Shown in pieces: positions 38,801-50,800 of a stretch of 64,000 nucleotides of DNA. The translations under genes and the position numbers were made by a program. The notes under the pieces are model-generated. The model made no database searches. It was not told where the DNA came from and saw only the letters and a list, made by a program, of their open reading frames with translations. Position 1 is the first letter of the stretch; each line of letters opens with the position of its first letter. This stretch comes from Dipteris shenzhenensis (taxonomy: Eukaryota): NCBI GenBank assembly GCA_047967505.1, contig CM106538.1; one strand, 5' to 3'.

Positions 38801-41800
38801 CTTCAGGCCAGCGACGAACGACAACGCTTATGACTTAGAATTTTGAGCTCATGAGCTCTCAACAAGAAATGTCAGCAGACCACAGGACCAACAGCACCTC
38901 ACACATCAAGACATCAAGTGACTAAGTTTGGGGGTTTTCTCAACATGGAGGAGAGGCAAAGGCACAACGAGGAGCATCCTTAGACATCAAGACATCAACC
39001 GGCAGTAAGTTTTGGGGTTTTCTCAACAGGGAGGAGAAGCAGAGGCGCAACAAGGAGCATCTTTGTTATCATTGCCATGTGCATCGCCACAACAAGCAGC
39101 ATTGCCCCCATTTGCATCCTTCAGATAGTGCAGAGATTACAACTTCGCTTCCATCAAGATCTGCTACAATCTTAGGAGCAGTCTCACAAGTTGCAGAAAC
39201 TCTACAGAAGGGAGGTCCTCGAGGAGAAGGAATTCTCGAGGTTCTCATGTGTTATGGCCAGATAGCCAGAACGAAGGTCACTATCGTTTTGGACAGTGGC
39301 AGTTTTGAAGGATTTGTTGGACAACTCCCTCACCACCAAGTTTCGTCTTCCAACAACACAGTCGACAACGGTGCTTCAACTCACAATGCATTGGGAGTGC
39401 CTACACATGTTTTTGGATTTTGAGTCGATCTGACATCATCAAAGGAGATGAACATGTGATTAGTTGACACCATTATACGTTGTTGATGAGGAAGCATGTG
39501 CATTGGACCCTTTCCTTTGCAGCTCTCTTGGCTGAGAGTACCTGGCTCAACGCTTGTTTGACGTTGAATGACTTGCTAGCTCCTTTGATGGTCAACTGGG
39601 AGATGGTCCATCAACCTCACTGTGTACTCTAAATGCGTTCACAAAATGAACCTTGTTGAAACCATTATAGGCCTTGCGAAACTTTCATACGATAGCTTCT
39701 ACTATTGATGGGGCTACAAAACCTCTCATGGTAGAACTTCAATGAGGCACCTACAAACTGCTCACTTACTGTCCTTACATTGCAATCCCCTAGAATAATG
39801 ACTCTTCCTGCTTGAAAGTAGAGGCATTGGCACCCAAATCAGAAGAGTCATCATAATATGGTGAACCACAATGCAGGATATGACAATTAACAAGGGAAAT
39901 GAACCTCTCGATTCACCATATTATGGTGAATCATAATTAAGTATAGTATGGTGAATCAAGATATAAAAACCAGCAAGGGAAATTACCTTCTTGGGGCCTT
40001 CCTTCCTATGTTCCATTTGCATTTGAGTAAGGTCTCATTAACATGGACTGTAGTCCCCTTGAGGACATACCTCCTAGTGAAGACACCCTATCTTAATTGT
40101 GCATCCTTGAACTTAATGATGAGGTATCGCCCTGCATCCCCCTTAATCCCAACCTATTTAAGATCAAGGGCTTTATTGCATCTTCTAGTTTCTTTACTTG
40201 AATGACCTTTGAGGTTTGCACCCGATCAACCATCTCTTACCATGTTTTGGCCTCTTATGTATGTGCTTCCAACTTAGCATCCACTTTGACTTCCATCTAC
40301 ATAAAGCTCTCTATCACTTTACCTCGGGCATTTTTCAATTCTCTCTCTATCACTTTACCTTGGGCATTGTTCAATTCTTTCAGCTTTAAATTTTCCTTCA
40401 TCAGGGCATTGTTGGAAATGGGAGGAGGATTGAGAGTGGAGTGAGCAGGCATGAAGCAAAATGAGTTGTTGCTATTGCAAAAAGAGTGACTAAAATACAA
40501 CAAAACTTAGGGTTTTGTACCCTCAAACAAAAGAAAAGCCCTAAGTAGCCCAAGGGGAAAACCCCTTACTGGGGATAAAAGTGCCCCTGGGTCATGTGTG
40601 CACAGCAACTCACTACTAACATCTTACAAATCCCCCCTATTGTAATAGTTTGAACATGTACACAGTAGAAGGTGATAGATCAGTCACCAAATGGAAGTAA
40701 GGTATGTGGCAGCTCAGCTCCTTCTCATCCAACTTACAACTCTAATAGGCTAGTACACCATGTCCCTGTTTCAGCACAGTCCCAATGCCTCTACCACTAG
40801 CATCAGCTTCAATAGTAAATGGCTGATAGAAATCTGGATATACAAGGATTGGAGCTTTAAGTCAAGGCATCCTTCAAGCTTTGAAACTATTTTCTGCCAA
40901 GTGCTGCCAATGCACAGCGCTTGATTAACCTCCTATAGAAAGAGGCAAAGCCCAAGGAAACCCCTTAACTCAATAGTATTTTTGGAGTGTGGCCATTCTC
41001 TTACACACTTGACCTTATTGGGGTCCACTCTAATCCCACTACTGTTAACAATATGACCAAGATACTCCACCTCATTTGCCATGAATGTACATTTTCTTGT
41101 TTTGGCAAAGAGTTTGTGAGTCCGAATTGCATGCTTCAGGGTCCTCCTCCTTGGATTTACTGTATAGACAAATATCATCAATAAAGACCAAAACAGTTTA
41201 TTGAGGTAGGGCTCTAGGATTGTATTCATGAGTGCTTCGAATTGTACCTTGCAAAGTCAACTCCCTCAAAATCAGAATCACCGCCTCTTGAACGGTCACC
41301 TAAGGGACTGGAAGAAGTATGCGCAGCAAATGAACCCTTACTTGGAAACACCTTACCAGTGGAAAAGTTACCCCACAGTTCCCAACATAAGAAGTTTCGA
41401 AAGTATAAGCCACATGTGCATATGAAGATCGATCAAGAGAATTCACCCAAAAAAAAAGAAAAAAAAGAAAAAAAAAAAGAAAAAAAAAAGGATCTACAAG
41501 AGTCAAACAAATTATAATACTATGCCACCCCGTACACATGGCACATGTCAGGCTAGTTCAACACATCAAAGGCTGATCTTTAAGAAGTGCTGGAGTACTT
41601 CAAGAATTATACAAGTGGCAGTGTCCCCAAAGCAATGCCAAGACCATGAAAAGCATCTGAAGTTCAAGCTGTGCTGCTAGAAACCTTGGACGGAGTCCAA
41701 TTCAACACAACAATAACCGGGAGCCAACTAAAGCGCTACTACTTCAACACGCAAGCCATCCCCGATAAAAACAACGATTTGGGAAACCAAGTCTTCCTTA

Positions 41801-44800
41801 GTTAGGATTAGATTGTATCACAAGCACTCACTCGCATATGCACGTTTTTGCACATATAGTTTGTACTAGATTGTTACACGCACACTCACTAGCATATGCA
41901 CGTTTTTGCACATTTAGGAAGACCTAATCAATTTCGTATTAGGGATGTTTGAGTCTTAGTTTCCCTATTAAATCCCACAAATAAGCATATAGTTAGACAC
42001 ATCACATGCACTCACATGATTTTGCATAGGCACATAATAGATTGCATCAAAAATAGTATCACACACTTTCATTCCATACTCTCAAAGCATGCAATGAATT
42101 CACAAGCAGGACAAGAAGCTATGCCAAAACTCAAGATAAATTGGCAAAAGAGTCTGTAGCCTCCGCAACGAGACCCCCGCCAAACATCATAGCCGTCTCC
42201 TATATGCAAAAATATCAAACTTGCATTCTAATTACCTAGAAGCTCAATGATACAGGTGCAATCACATCCAACATGTATGCAAGATAGCAAGAAATGCTAG
42301 CCTAAAAAACGAGACCCCCGTCAAATCTCTTCCCAAGAAGATTCGATGGCACAGTCCGCAACCTCAGCAACGAGATCCCCTCTGAAATTCACAGCCGTCT
42401 ATCCCTCCTTAAGAGGAGATAAGCTTCTTGACTACAGACCACAAATTGTATGGTGCAAAAGCATTACAGCAGGTACGACTGGATTACGCACATGGCATCC
42501 CAACTCTGAAATCAAGATAAGCCATAACCCGAGGACGGGTAATAAAATGGATCCAGGAGTATGTTGACTCTGTGCCAACATGAACTTATGTAGAAAGAGA
42601 ATGTGTTACAACTTTGTGTTACAACTCCTACATACGACTTCTACATATAGAAAGAGAATGTGTTACAACTTTGTGTTACAACTCCTACATACGACTTCTA
42701 CATGTAGAAAGAGAATGTGTTACAACTTTGTGTTACAACTTCTACATACGACTTCTACATGTAGAAAGAGAATGCGTTACAACTTTGTGTTACAACTTTG
42801 TGATATAACTTTATGTTACAACTTCTACATACGACTTCTACATATAGAAAGAGAAGCTCTCCAACTTTGTGATATAACTTTGTGTTACAATTCCTACATG
42901 CAGAGAGAGAAGCTCTCGAACTTGTATAAATACCCCATAATGGAATGAAGCCCACACTCTTTGGGACATTGTGTTCAGTCTACTTTGGTATTCCAAGCAT
43001 TTGTCTCAAGTGTCCATGCTTCCTTGCACTCCATCTCCAAAAGCACGTCCTAACCTTACAACTCCTCCTCCCCTCTCCTCCAACCTTGCAATCCACCCTC
43101 TCCCTCTCCTCCTCCCTCCTCCTCCTCCTCCTTCTCCCTCCTCCTCCTCCTCTCTCCTCTCTCTTCTTTCCCCCATGCTCTTACACCTTCTTTCTCTCCC
43201 ACTCCTATGCTCCCCCTAAACCCTTTGTTTGTCTTTCCTTAAAATCCATGATCTACGAGGGAGATGAGTTCTCCAGAGAAAGAGAGATCTCATAGGGGAC
43301 GGTCTCATAGCAAGAAGAGATCGAGGCATCATCACCGATCAAGTTCTTTGCCATCTATCTCGCGCTCGACTTCTATATCTTCTTCTTTATCAGATAAACC
43401 ATCCAAGAAAAGAAGGAAACACAAGAAGTCTAGGAAGAGTAAGTCTTCCAGAGAGACCAAAAAATTCAAAAAGAGAGGCAAATCTGTCAAGTTTATGACC
43501 TATAATGGACAATATGGTCATACAGACAAAGCATTGCAGTTCATCAAGTAGTTTGATTTTGCGTTTGGTACAGAAAAGTTTTCAGAATCCTCCAAATTAA
43601 GAATGGTCAGTTTACACTTGACAGCAACAGCTAGTGCATGGTGGAGTGCACATACCACAGATGGGTCAACCCCAAAGAGGTGAAAGGACTTCAAGAAAAC
43701 CTTCTACAAATAGTTTATGCCTAAACAGTTTAGAGACCATGTTCTTCAAGATTGGGACAGTTTGCATATGGATGCAGGAGATACAGTGGATGTGTACAAC
43801 CAAAAGTTTTGGGATGCTTATTTGTAGGTTGCACCTTTCAAAAACCCCAAAGAGGTGAAAGGACTTCAAGAAAGCCTTCTACCAACAGTTTATGCCTAAA
43901 CAGTTTAGAGACCATGTTCTTCAAGATTGGGACAGTTTGCATATGGATGCAGGAGATACAGTGGATGTGTACAACCAAAAGTTTTGGGATGCTTATTTGC
44001 AGGTTGCACCTTTCAAAAAGATCTGCAAAGGAACCCAAATGAGAAAGTACAGAGCAGGTCTCAGTCCAAGAATTCAGGCAGTAGTAAATGCTTTGGGGGC
44101 AAAGAACATTCAAGACCTTACGCATTCAGCTTCAATAGCTAGTCTTGTGCCGTTACAAGATTTATCTATAGTACTATCCTTGCATGCACGACGTGCTGAA
44201 ATTTCAAAATCAGAAAAGAAAGAGTACCCCAAGGTTGAAAAGAAAGGGTTTCAACCTCAGAAGCTGAGGGGTACTCAGTTTTCAAAGACTTATAAAAGCA
44301 AATCCCCATTCACTCCTGAACAGATAGCTGAGTTTCGCAGAGATGGGAAATGCTTTAAGTGTGGCAAAGAGGGGCATGTGGCTGCCCAGTGCCCAACAAA
44401 GCCTTCAACTTCGAAGGGAAAAGAGGCAGAGAAGCCACGCAGACCGCAAAAGCCAATGGCAGGAGGAATTCCTTACATACTGGGTCATGTTTCAAACCCA
44501 GAAGAACGAGAATTGCTGCTATCATGGGGCAAAGTTAGAGACCAGCAAGCGCTAATTTTATTTGATCCAAGGGCTACTGATAATTTCATATCAGAGGACC
44601 TAGCCCTGAGGCTGGGAATAAAGACGGAGGAGTTGGGCACGGCTTTGGATGCCGATCAAATGTTTTGTGGGAACCCTATGCCAGTCACTCCCTTGATAGG
44701 GAAGCTCCGTCTTCATGTACAGAGTTATGTGGATCAAGAAGACTTCTTCATTTCTCCACTGAAACATCATGATGTAGTCTTGGGTATGCCTTGGTTTCAT

Positions 44801-47800
44801 CGCAAGGCAGTGAAGTTGACTCTTCCTGAAAGAGTGCTGGAGTCTGTACATAGGGGCAAAGTATCAAATAGTTCCGTTGAAAAAGAAATAAAGTCTGCAG
44901 TTTCAGCTTACATGATTTTTGTAATAGAGAGAGATGTGGAAATGCATGCTGAAACAAGTGAGGCAGATCAGAATAAATTTCAGTTTATTGAAAATTTTAA
45001 AGATTGCTTTTCTGATGCTTTGCCAGGGGAGCTACCCCCCGAGAGACTTGAGGATCATGGCATAGAACTCATTCCTGGAAGTGAGCCACCCAATAGGCCC
45101 CCATACAGAGTTAGTGCAACTCAGCGATAGGAGATTATGACTCAGGTGCAAGACTTGTTGTCCAAGGGGTTGATTCAGCCCAGTTCTTCTCCTTTTTGTT
45201 CCCTTGTACTGCTAGTACAAAAGAAAGATGGCTCATTCCGTATGTGTGTCGATTACCGCGCACTGAACAAAATGACCATCAAGAACAAATTCCCTATTCC
45301 GTGCATTGATGATGTGCTGGATCAGTTAAATGGAGCTTCAGTTTTCAGCAAGATAGACTTAAAGAGTGGCTATCACCAAGTGAGGATACAGCCTCAGGAT
45401 GTGCACAAGACAGCGTTACGCACTACTTCTGGGTTGTATAAATATCTGGTGATGCCTTTTGGATTAACAAATGCCCCAGCTACCTTCAATAGGATGATGG
45501 ATTGTATCTTCCGACCCTACAGATGGTTCACTGGTACCTTCTTCGATGACATAATTGTCTTTTCTAAGTCCGAAGAAGAGCACAAGGAACATCTTGCTAT
45601 AGTGTTTCACGAGCTGAGAAATCATCAGCTCTATGCAAACAGCAAGAAAAGTGAATTCTTCCAAGAAGAAATCCATTATCTGGGGCATATAATATCCAAG
45701 AATGGGATACAGATGGATTCAACAAAGATCCATGCCATTCAGGAATGGGGCTAGAGCTGAAAACTGTGCATGAAGTTCGAAGTTTCCTGGGCCTGTGTTC
45801 TTACTACAGAAGGTTTATCAGGCATTTTGCGGATATAGCCGCTCCACTCCACGATCTTACTAAGAAAAATGCAGCTTTCAGATGAGGAATTCCTCAAAAG
45901 ACAGCCTTCACCACACTCAAGGAGAGGCTGACTACAGAGCCAATCTTAATCGTTTCAGATTTGTATCAACCATTTGATGTGGATTGTGATGCTTGTGGGG
46001 AATGTGTTGGGGCTGCATTGCATCAGAATGGTCATGTAGTGGCCCATGAGAGCAGGAGACTCTGGGATGCAGAGAGAGGGAAAGCCCCCTTTGAGGTCAT
46101 CTATGGAAAGGTGATTTTGCCACCTATCCTGAGGACCAAGGACGACATATTTGCAGCTGATCAGTTTGTGAGAAACCTCCAAACAGCTTACAGCCAAGTC
46201 CAAACAGCAATCGAAAGGTCTCAAGAGAAACATAAAAGAGCTGCGGATAAGCATAGGAGACAGTTAGATCTCAAGGAAGGGGATTGGGTACTTTTAAAGT
46301 TCGAGAAAGCTAGGCTCCGTAAGTTTAAAGGCAAACAGAAAGTGTATGCAAAGTTATCTCCCAGGTACTATGGCCCTTTCCGGGTTACAAAAAGAATAAA
46401 TGAGGTTGCATACAGGCTAACATTGCCAGAGCATTGGAGGATTCACAATGCATTCCATGTGAGTCTTCTAAAGAAATTCCAGGGGCCAGAGCCTACAGAG
46501 CCCGTATCAGAGGATCCACCAGAAGTGGATGAGCTGGAGGAGGTCCTTCAACTAGAACAGATTGTGTACCATACTGTGCGCAAAGGCCCTCAGGGCAAGG
46601 AGTTTTACAGGTATCTTGTAAAATTCAAGAATTATACGGCATTAGATGCCAAGTGGATGGATGAAGACATGTTGTCCGATCATCCACAGCTTTTGGATGT
46701 TTATAAGGAAGCTTTTCAGTTGAGGTCAACTGAATAGAAGCCGAGGGGATGTCACCATCATGTAAATATCCCAGTTGACCATTTATTTGATCATAATTAA
46801 AGAGTTTTCATATGTGTTAATTATGGTCAAAGAGTTCTTTTAATGGTCAGAGAATTGACTACAGTCAAAGATACTTGACTCTGGTCAAGTAAACCTGACT
46901 TCGGTCGGGGAGACTTGGTTTATCACCAAGAGGGTTAACTACGGTTAACCAAAGAACCACAGAGCTGACTACAGTCAGAGAGTGTTGACTTCGGTCAACG
47001 AGACTTGGTTTATTGCCAAGAGGGTTAACTACGGTTAACCAAGATGTGCCAACTTCGGTTGGAGAGACTTGACTATAATTAAGGTGCCTCAACCCTTGGT
47101 CAAAGCCTCTTAATTATAATCAAGAGTGTTGACTCCGGTCAACCAGAGAATAAATATAAATATATATTTTTATATTTGTTATGTGTGCACATGTGTTCAA
47201 TGGGGACACCCACCGTGGCTAGAATTAGTCCACAGTGTGTTGTTTGCATGCAAAGCGTCAACAATTAATGGGTGCCATGGTGGTGCGCTTTAATTAATTG
47301 TTGCAGGTACTAGGAAGAGTGATTTTCCTAAGCGCAATGGAGCCTACCAAGAGTCTAGGAGGTGCTTCACGTGACCAAGTGCTTCGAAGACTCCAGAGTT
47401 GCCCTTAGTGGCATGTAATTAGGAAAGTAAAGTAGAAATTGACAAGTGGCTTGTTGCCAAGAAGGGGAGCCTAAGAGCTCATGTAATTGAAATTCACGTT
47501 TGAATTTGGTATGTACAGCTTCCATGCTGAACTCATGTATTGATTCTTCTCTCAAGTAATAAAATCCTTCCGGGGGTTCCAGCCCAACTGTCGTCCTGGG
47601 CCCTAGTGTCTCTGTTGAGAGAGGGAGAGAGGGAGAGAAATGATAATGTCTCTGCTGTCTTTAACAAGTAAGGTTGCAATTACCCTCAAAATCTCTGCCA
47701 ACACAACATACTGATCATCAACAACTTTGACATTTCAGTGACACTGTGGTTGGTAGTCTCCATTAATCATGGAGTATCCCAAGGTAGAATCACCTAGGTC

Positions 47801-50800
47801 AAAGGGAAATGAGGCCCCCTTCTTGGAACCGTGAGAAACTAATGTTTGCCATCATTCTCATAAACATGGAATTCCGAAGCTGCTACTGGATCATCAGAGG
47901 CTGGTTAATCATCAATCTCTGAGAATCATGCTGAACTTTGCCCCTGATTTGGCCTTGAGGTTTGCATACCCTCAGAAGCTCCAGAGTCCGCTTTTCACCA
48001 CATAGATAGCACAGATTCTTTTTGAGGGCCTGAGATAATTGCTTAACCGTCTTCTCCGCAAGTCATCCTTGGAGGGAATTGTCTTGGTGTGTTGAGTTGA
48101 AATTGTTTGTTTCACTTACCAATGAGCAACAAAATTTAGGCCGAATACGCACTTGTATGGGTTGAAGGAGATTTGAGTCTCCGTATTTGTAGAGCACCTT
48201 CTTCAGGCACTATAAGGGATAAACTACACCCTTCAAGTGTTCAAGATAGTGACTAGAGAATCATATTCGACCGGCATACTCTTGAGGAATTTGTCAAGAG
48301 AGCCTCCCACATAGCCTTTACTGTCATGAGATTAGACACATGATGAATGAGTCTACCCTTCACCTCCGGAGTGCCAACATAAACTCGGTACAAAGACTTT
48401 GTATAAATGGATGCTCAAGTATCTGTGGGGGTGTGGATTTGTATGTGTGAGAGCATATTGTTATACTATGGTCTACACCCACTGTTGGGCGCTGATGACG
48501 TCAATGGGGATGTCATAGTAGCTAGTCCCTGCTATGCGTGATGAAGTTTATGGTTTTCAACCTTATGAGTGACTATCATGAGATTGAAACTGCACTATGT
48601 TGTGTTTTTAGAGGATGAGTTTGGGAATGTTCCTGGATTCATCTAGGTACGTGATGAATGAGGCACTTTGTGATGCATAGCGTAATGGACTGTGCTTTCT
48701 CATCATCATCGATGTTGTCCTTGCCATTGATGTTGAATCTCCTTGTTCACTTCACGATTGACCACACCCTTTGACATGAGCAAGTAACAAATGGAATCTG
48801 CCATGCGTGAAAACCAGTGCCATCAAATTTGTCCACATAATGGGTTCTTTTGCCATGGCGAGAAGGTCTTACCAGGTTGTAGACCGCATGGCAGTGTCTA
48901 TGGGTTTATACAACACAAAGCACATGAGCACACTAGAAGATATGGGCTAAAAAACAATGAAGCATTAGAAAAGACAAAGCTGCTTTTGTTGCGGTGCAAA
49001 CAATTCACTGTAATAACACAGTCAAAATTACAGCTGAGCTGCCCAAATAACAACCTTGTAATTTGGAAATAAGAGGCCTTAAAGGACTAAAACTTTTCTG
49101 CCACGTGTAATCAAATGAGAACCTTAGCCAAGAAACTTTGGCCAAAAAACTCTTCAGAGAAGAGACCGTCGTTGTGGCAGAAAAACATCAAGAAGGCTTG
49201 TTGCAGAAAACCTTGCTGAAGCAGAAAACACAGGGTCATAGTCCTTCTGTGTGTAACAGAGGGGCTAGTTTAGTTGGCTAGTTAATTGACTTTATAGTTA
49301 GTGCGATGTAATCTAGGCTAAGTAGGTGATGCCACGTCACACTTTTTGGGTAGTATCCCACATACATAGTTCTAAAAAACCTGCTTTAATTCCATAAAAA
49401 GCCTGGCTGCCCCATTTGTACACAAATTATCAGCTATCACCAGCTTGTGAACAAATTGGATCTGTACAGCAGGGCTCATTGCTCAAGCTAGAATTCAATA
49501 ATGAAATAACACTTTCTGTCCTTGTGCAGCCCATCACAAGTTTCTGTCGTAGGTCTAGCTCATGACTTGCATCCTTCCTAACTTTTGAGAGGTACTCTTT
49601 GTTTAGTTCTGCATTGCAGCTCTAAAGTAATGAATGTAGCTGCTCTTGCCTAGGCCTCTTGTTAGGGAAGAAGTTCCTGCTTAATCTGCTCTAATATTGG
49701 AGTTGATCTGCCCCAAGATTGTCCACTGGTCAGGGATAGCCAGAGATAGCCAGAGTTAGGGCAAGTTCTGTTTCATTGGTATTAGAGCATAAAAATTGTG
49801 GGAAATTGTAGAAAAATCATGTCCAATTCTTTTGAAATTTGCAACATATGTTTGTTTGTAAGCCTATGGCACACCTCTGTGCAAATTTTTGTCGTTAAAA
49901 GATGTTTCAATCTCTGGATTCCGTGTGGGCCTGTAAATAGGTTGAAAATTCAATGTTATCAAGTTTGAATTTTTTTTTGCATCATTGTGTGTTATCAAGT
50001 TTGATTTTTTTTTTGCATCATTGTGATCGGAATGACCTCTTGCATCAAAGCCCTAGGTCATTTTTGAATTGGAGCTGTATTTGGTGTCTGAAAGCTGGAA
50101 GGCTATTTCACAAATGTGGTGCTACCTCTTGGAGATCTGAGTCGCAATTGTATTCTGAAGAGCTGTACTATGTGACATTGTAATTGAAGCTGATTTGCCC
50201 CAAATTTTGGAGCAATTTCTAAAAAACTGTTGATCTCTCTAAATCCTAGCTGATCTCCAGAAATTTTGGCATTTGTCTATTCGATTCTCTACTATGCTTC
50301 ATTGAATATAGTATATGCTATAAGATTTGGGAAATTTTTGAATTCGGATCAGAACAGTGAGTTCTCTGTATTCCTAATACCTACAAAGATTCTGGAAACC
50401 AGTTGAGAAGGTAAGTATTGAGTGATTCAGACCCTAGGATGGAGGGTGAACAAATGGAAAATTCAATTAGAGCTGGTGGCATTGCAATGTTGGGATTGGG
50501 ATCAATAGCAGGAGAGCAGGCTGTAGCTTCAACTTTGAAGTAAGGAGCCTGTAGGGAAACAAATCAAGTTTCTATGGCGGTATCCAGGAAGATCACATTC
50601 AATCAGGTCAGGAGCAGTTAATTCGAGGTTGTTTGGGCCTTGTGCTTTGTCCTTGATTCAGATGAGAAATTCCAGCTCCGGAGGGATCTAATAGGAGGGC
50701 TCACTATATTTAAGGGGGGGGGGGGGGAGAGAGAGAGAGAGAGACGATAAAGCAAAATATCTTCCACAGGGAACAATTCGGAAAAATACCAGTTCTGAAA

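Noticed and set aside
42588-42900. Regular repeats resembling a CRISPR array
   Set aside because: Units are contiguous with no unique spacers, there are no cas genes, and the context is eukaryotic; it is a minisatellite.
42945-43295. Pro/Leu/Ser-rich ORFs
   Set aside because: Pyrimidine-rich low-complexity leader of the Gypsy element.
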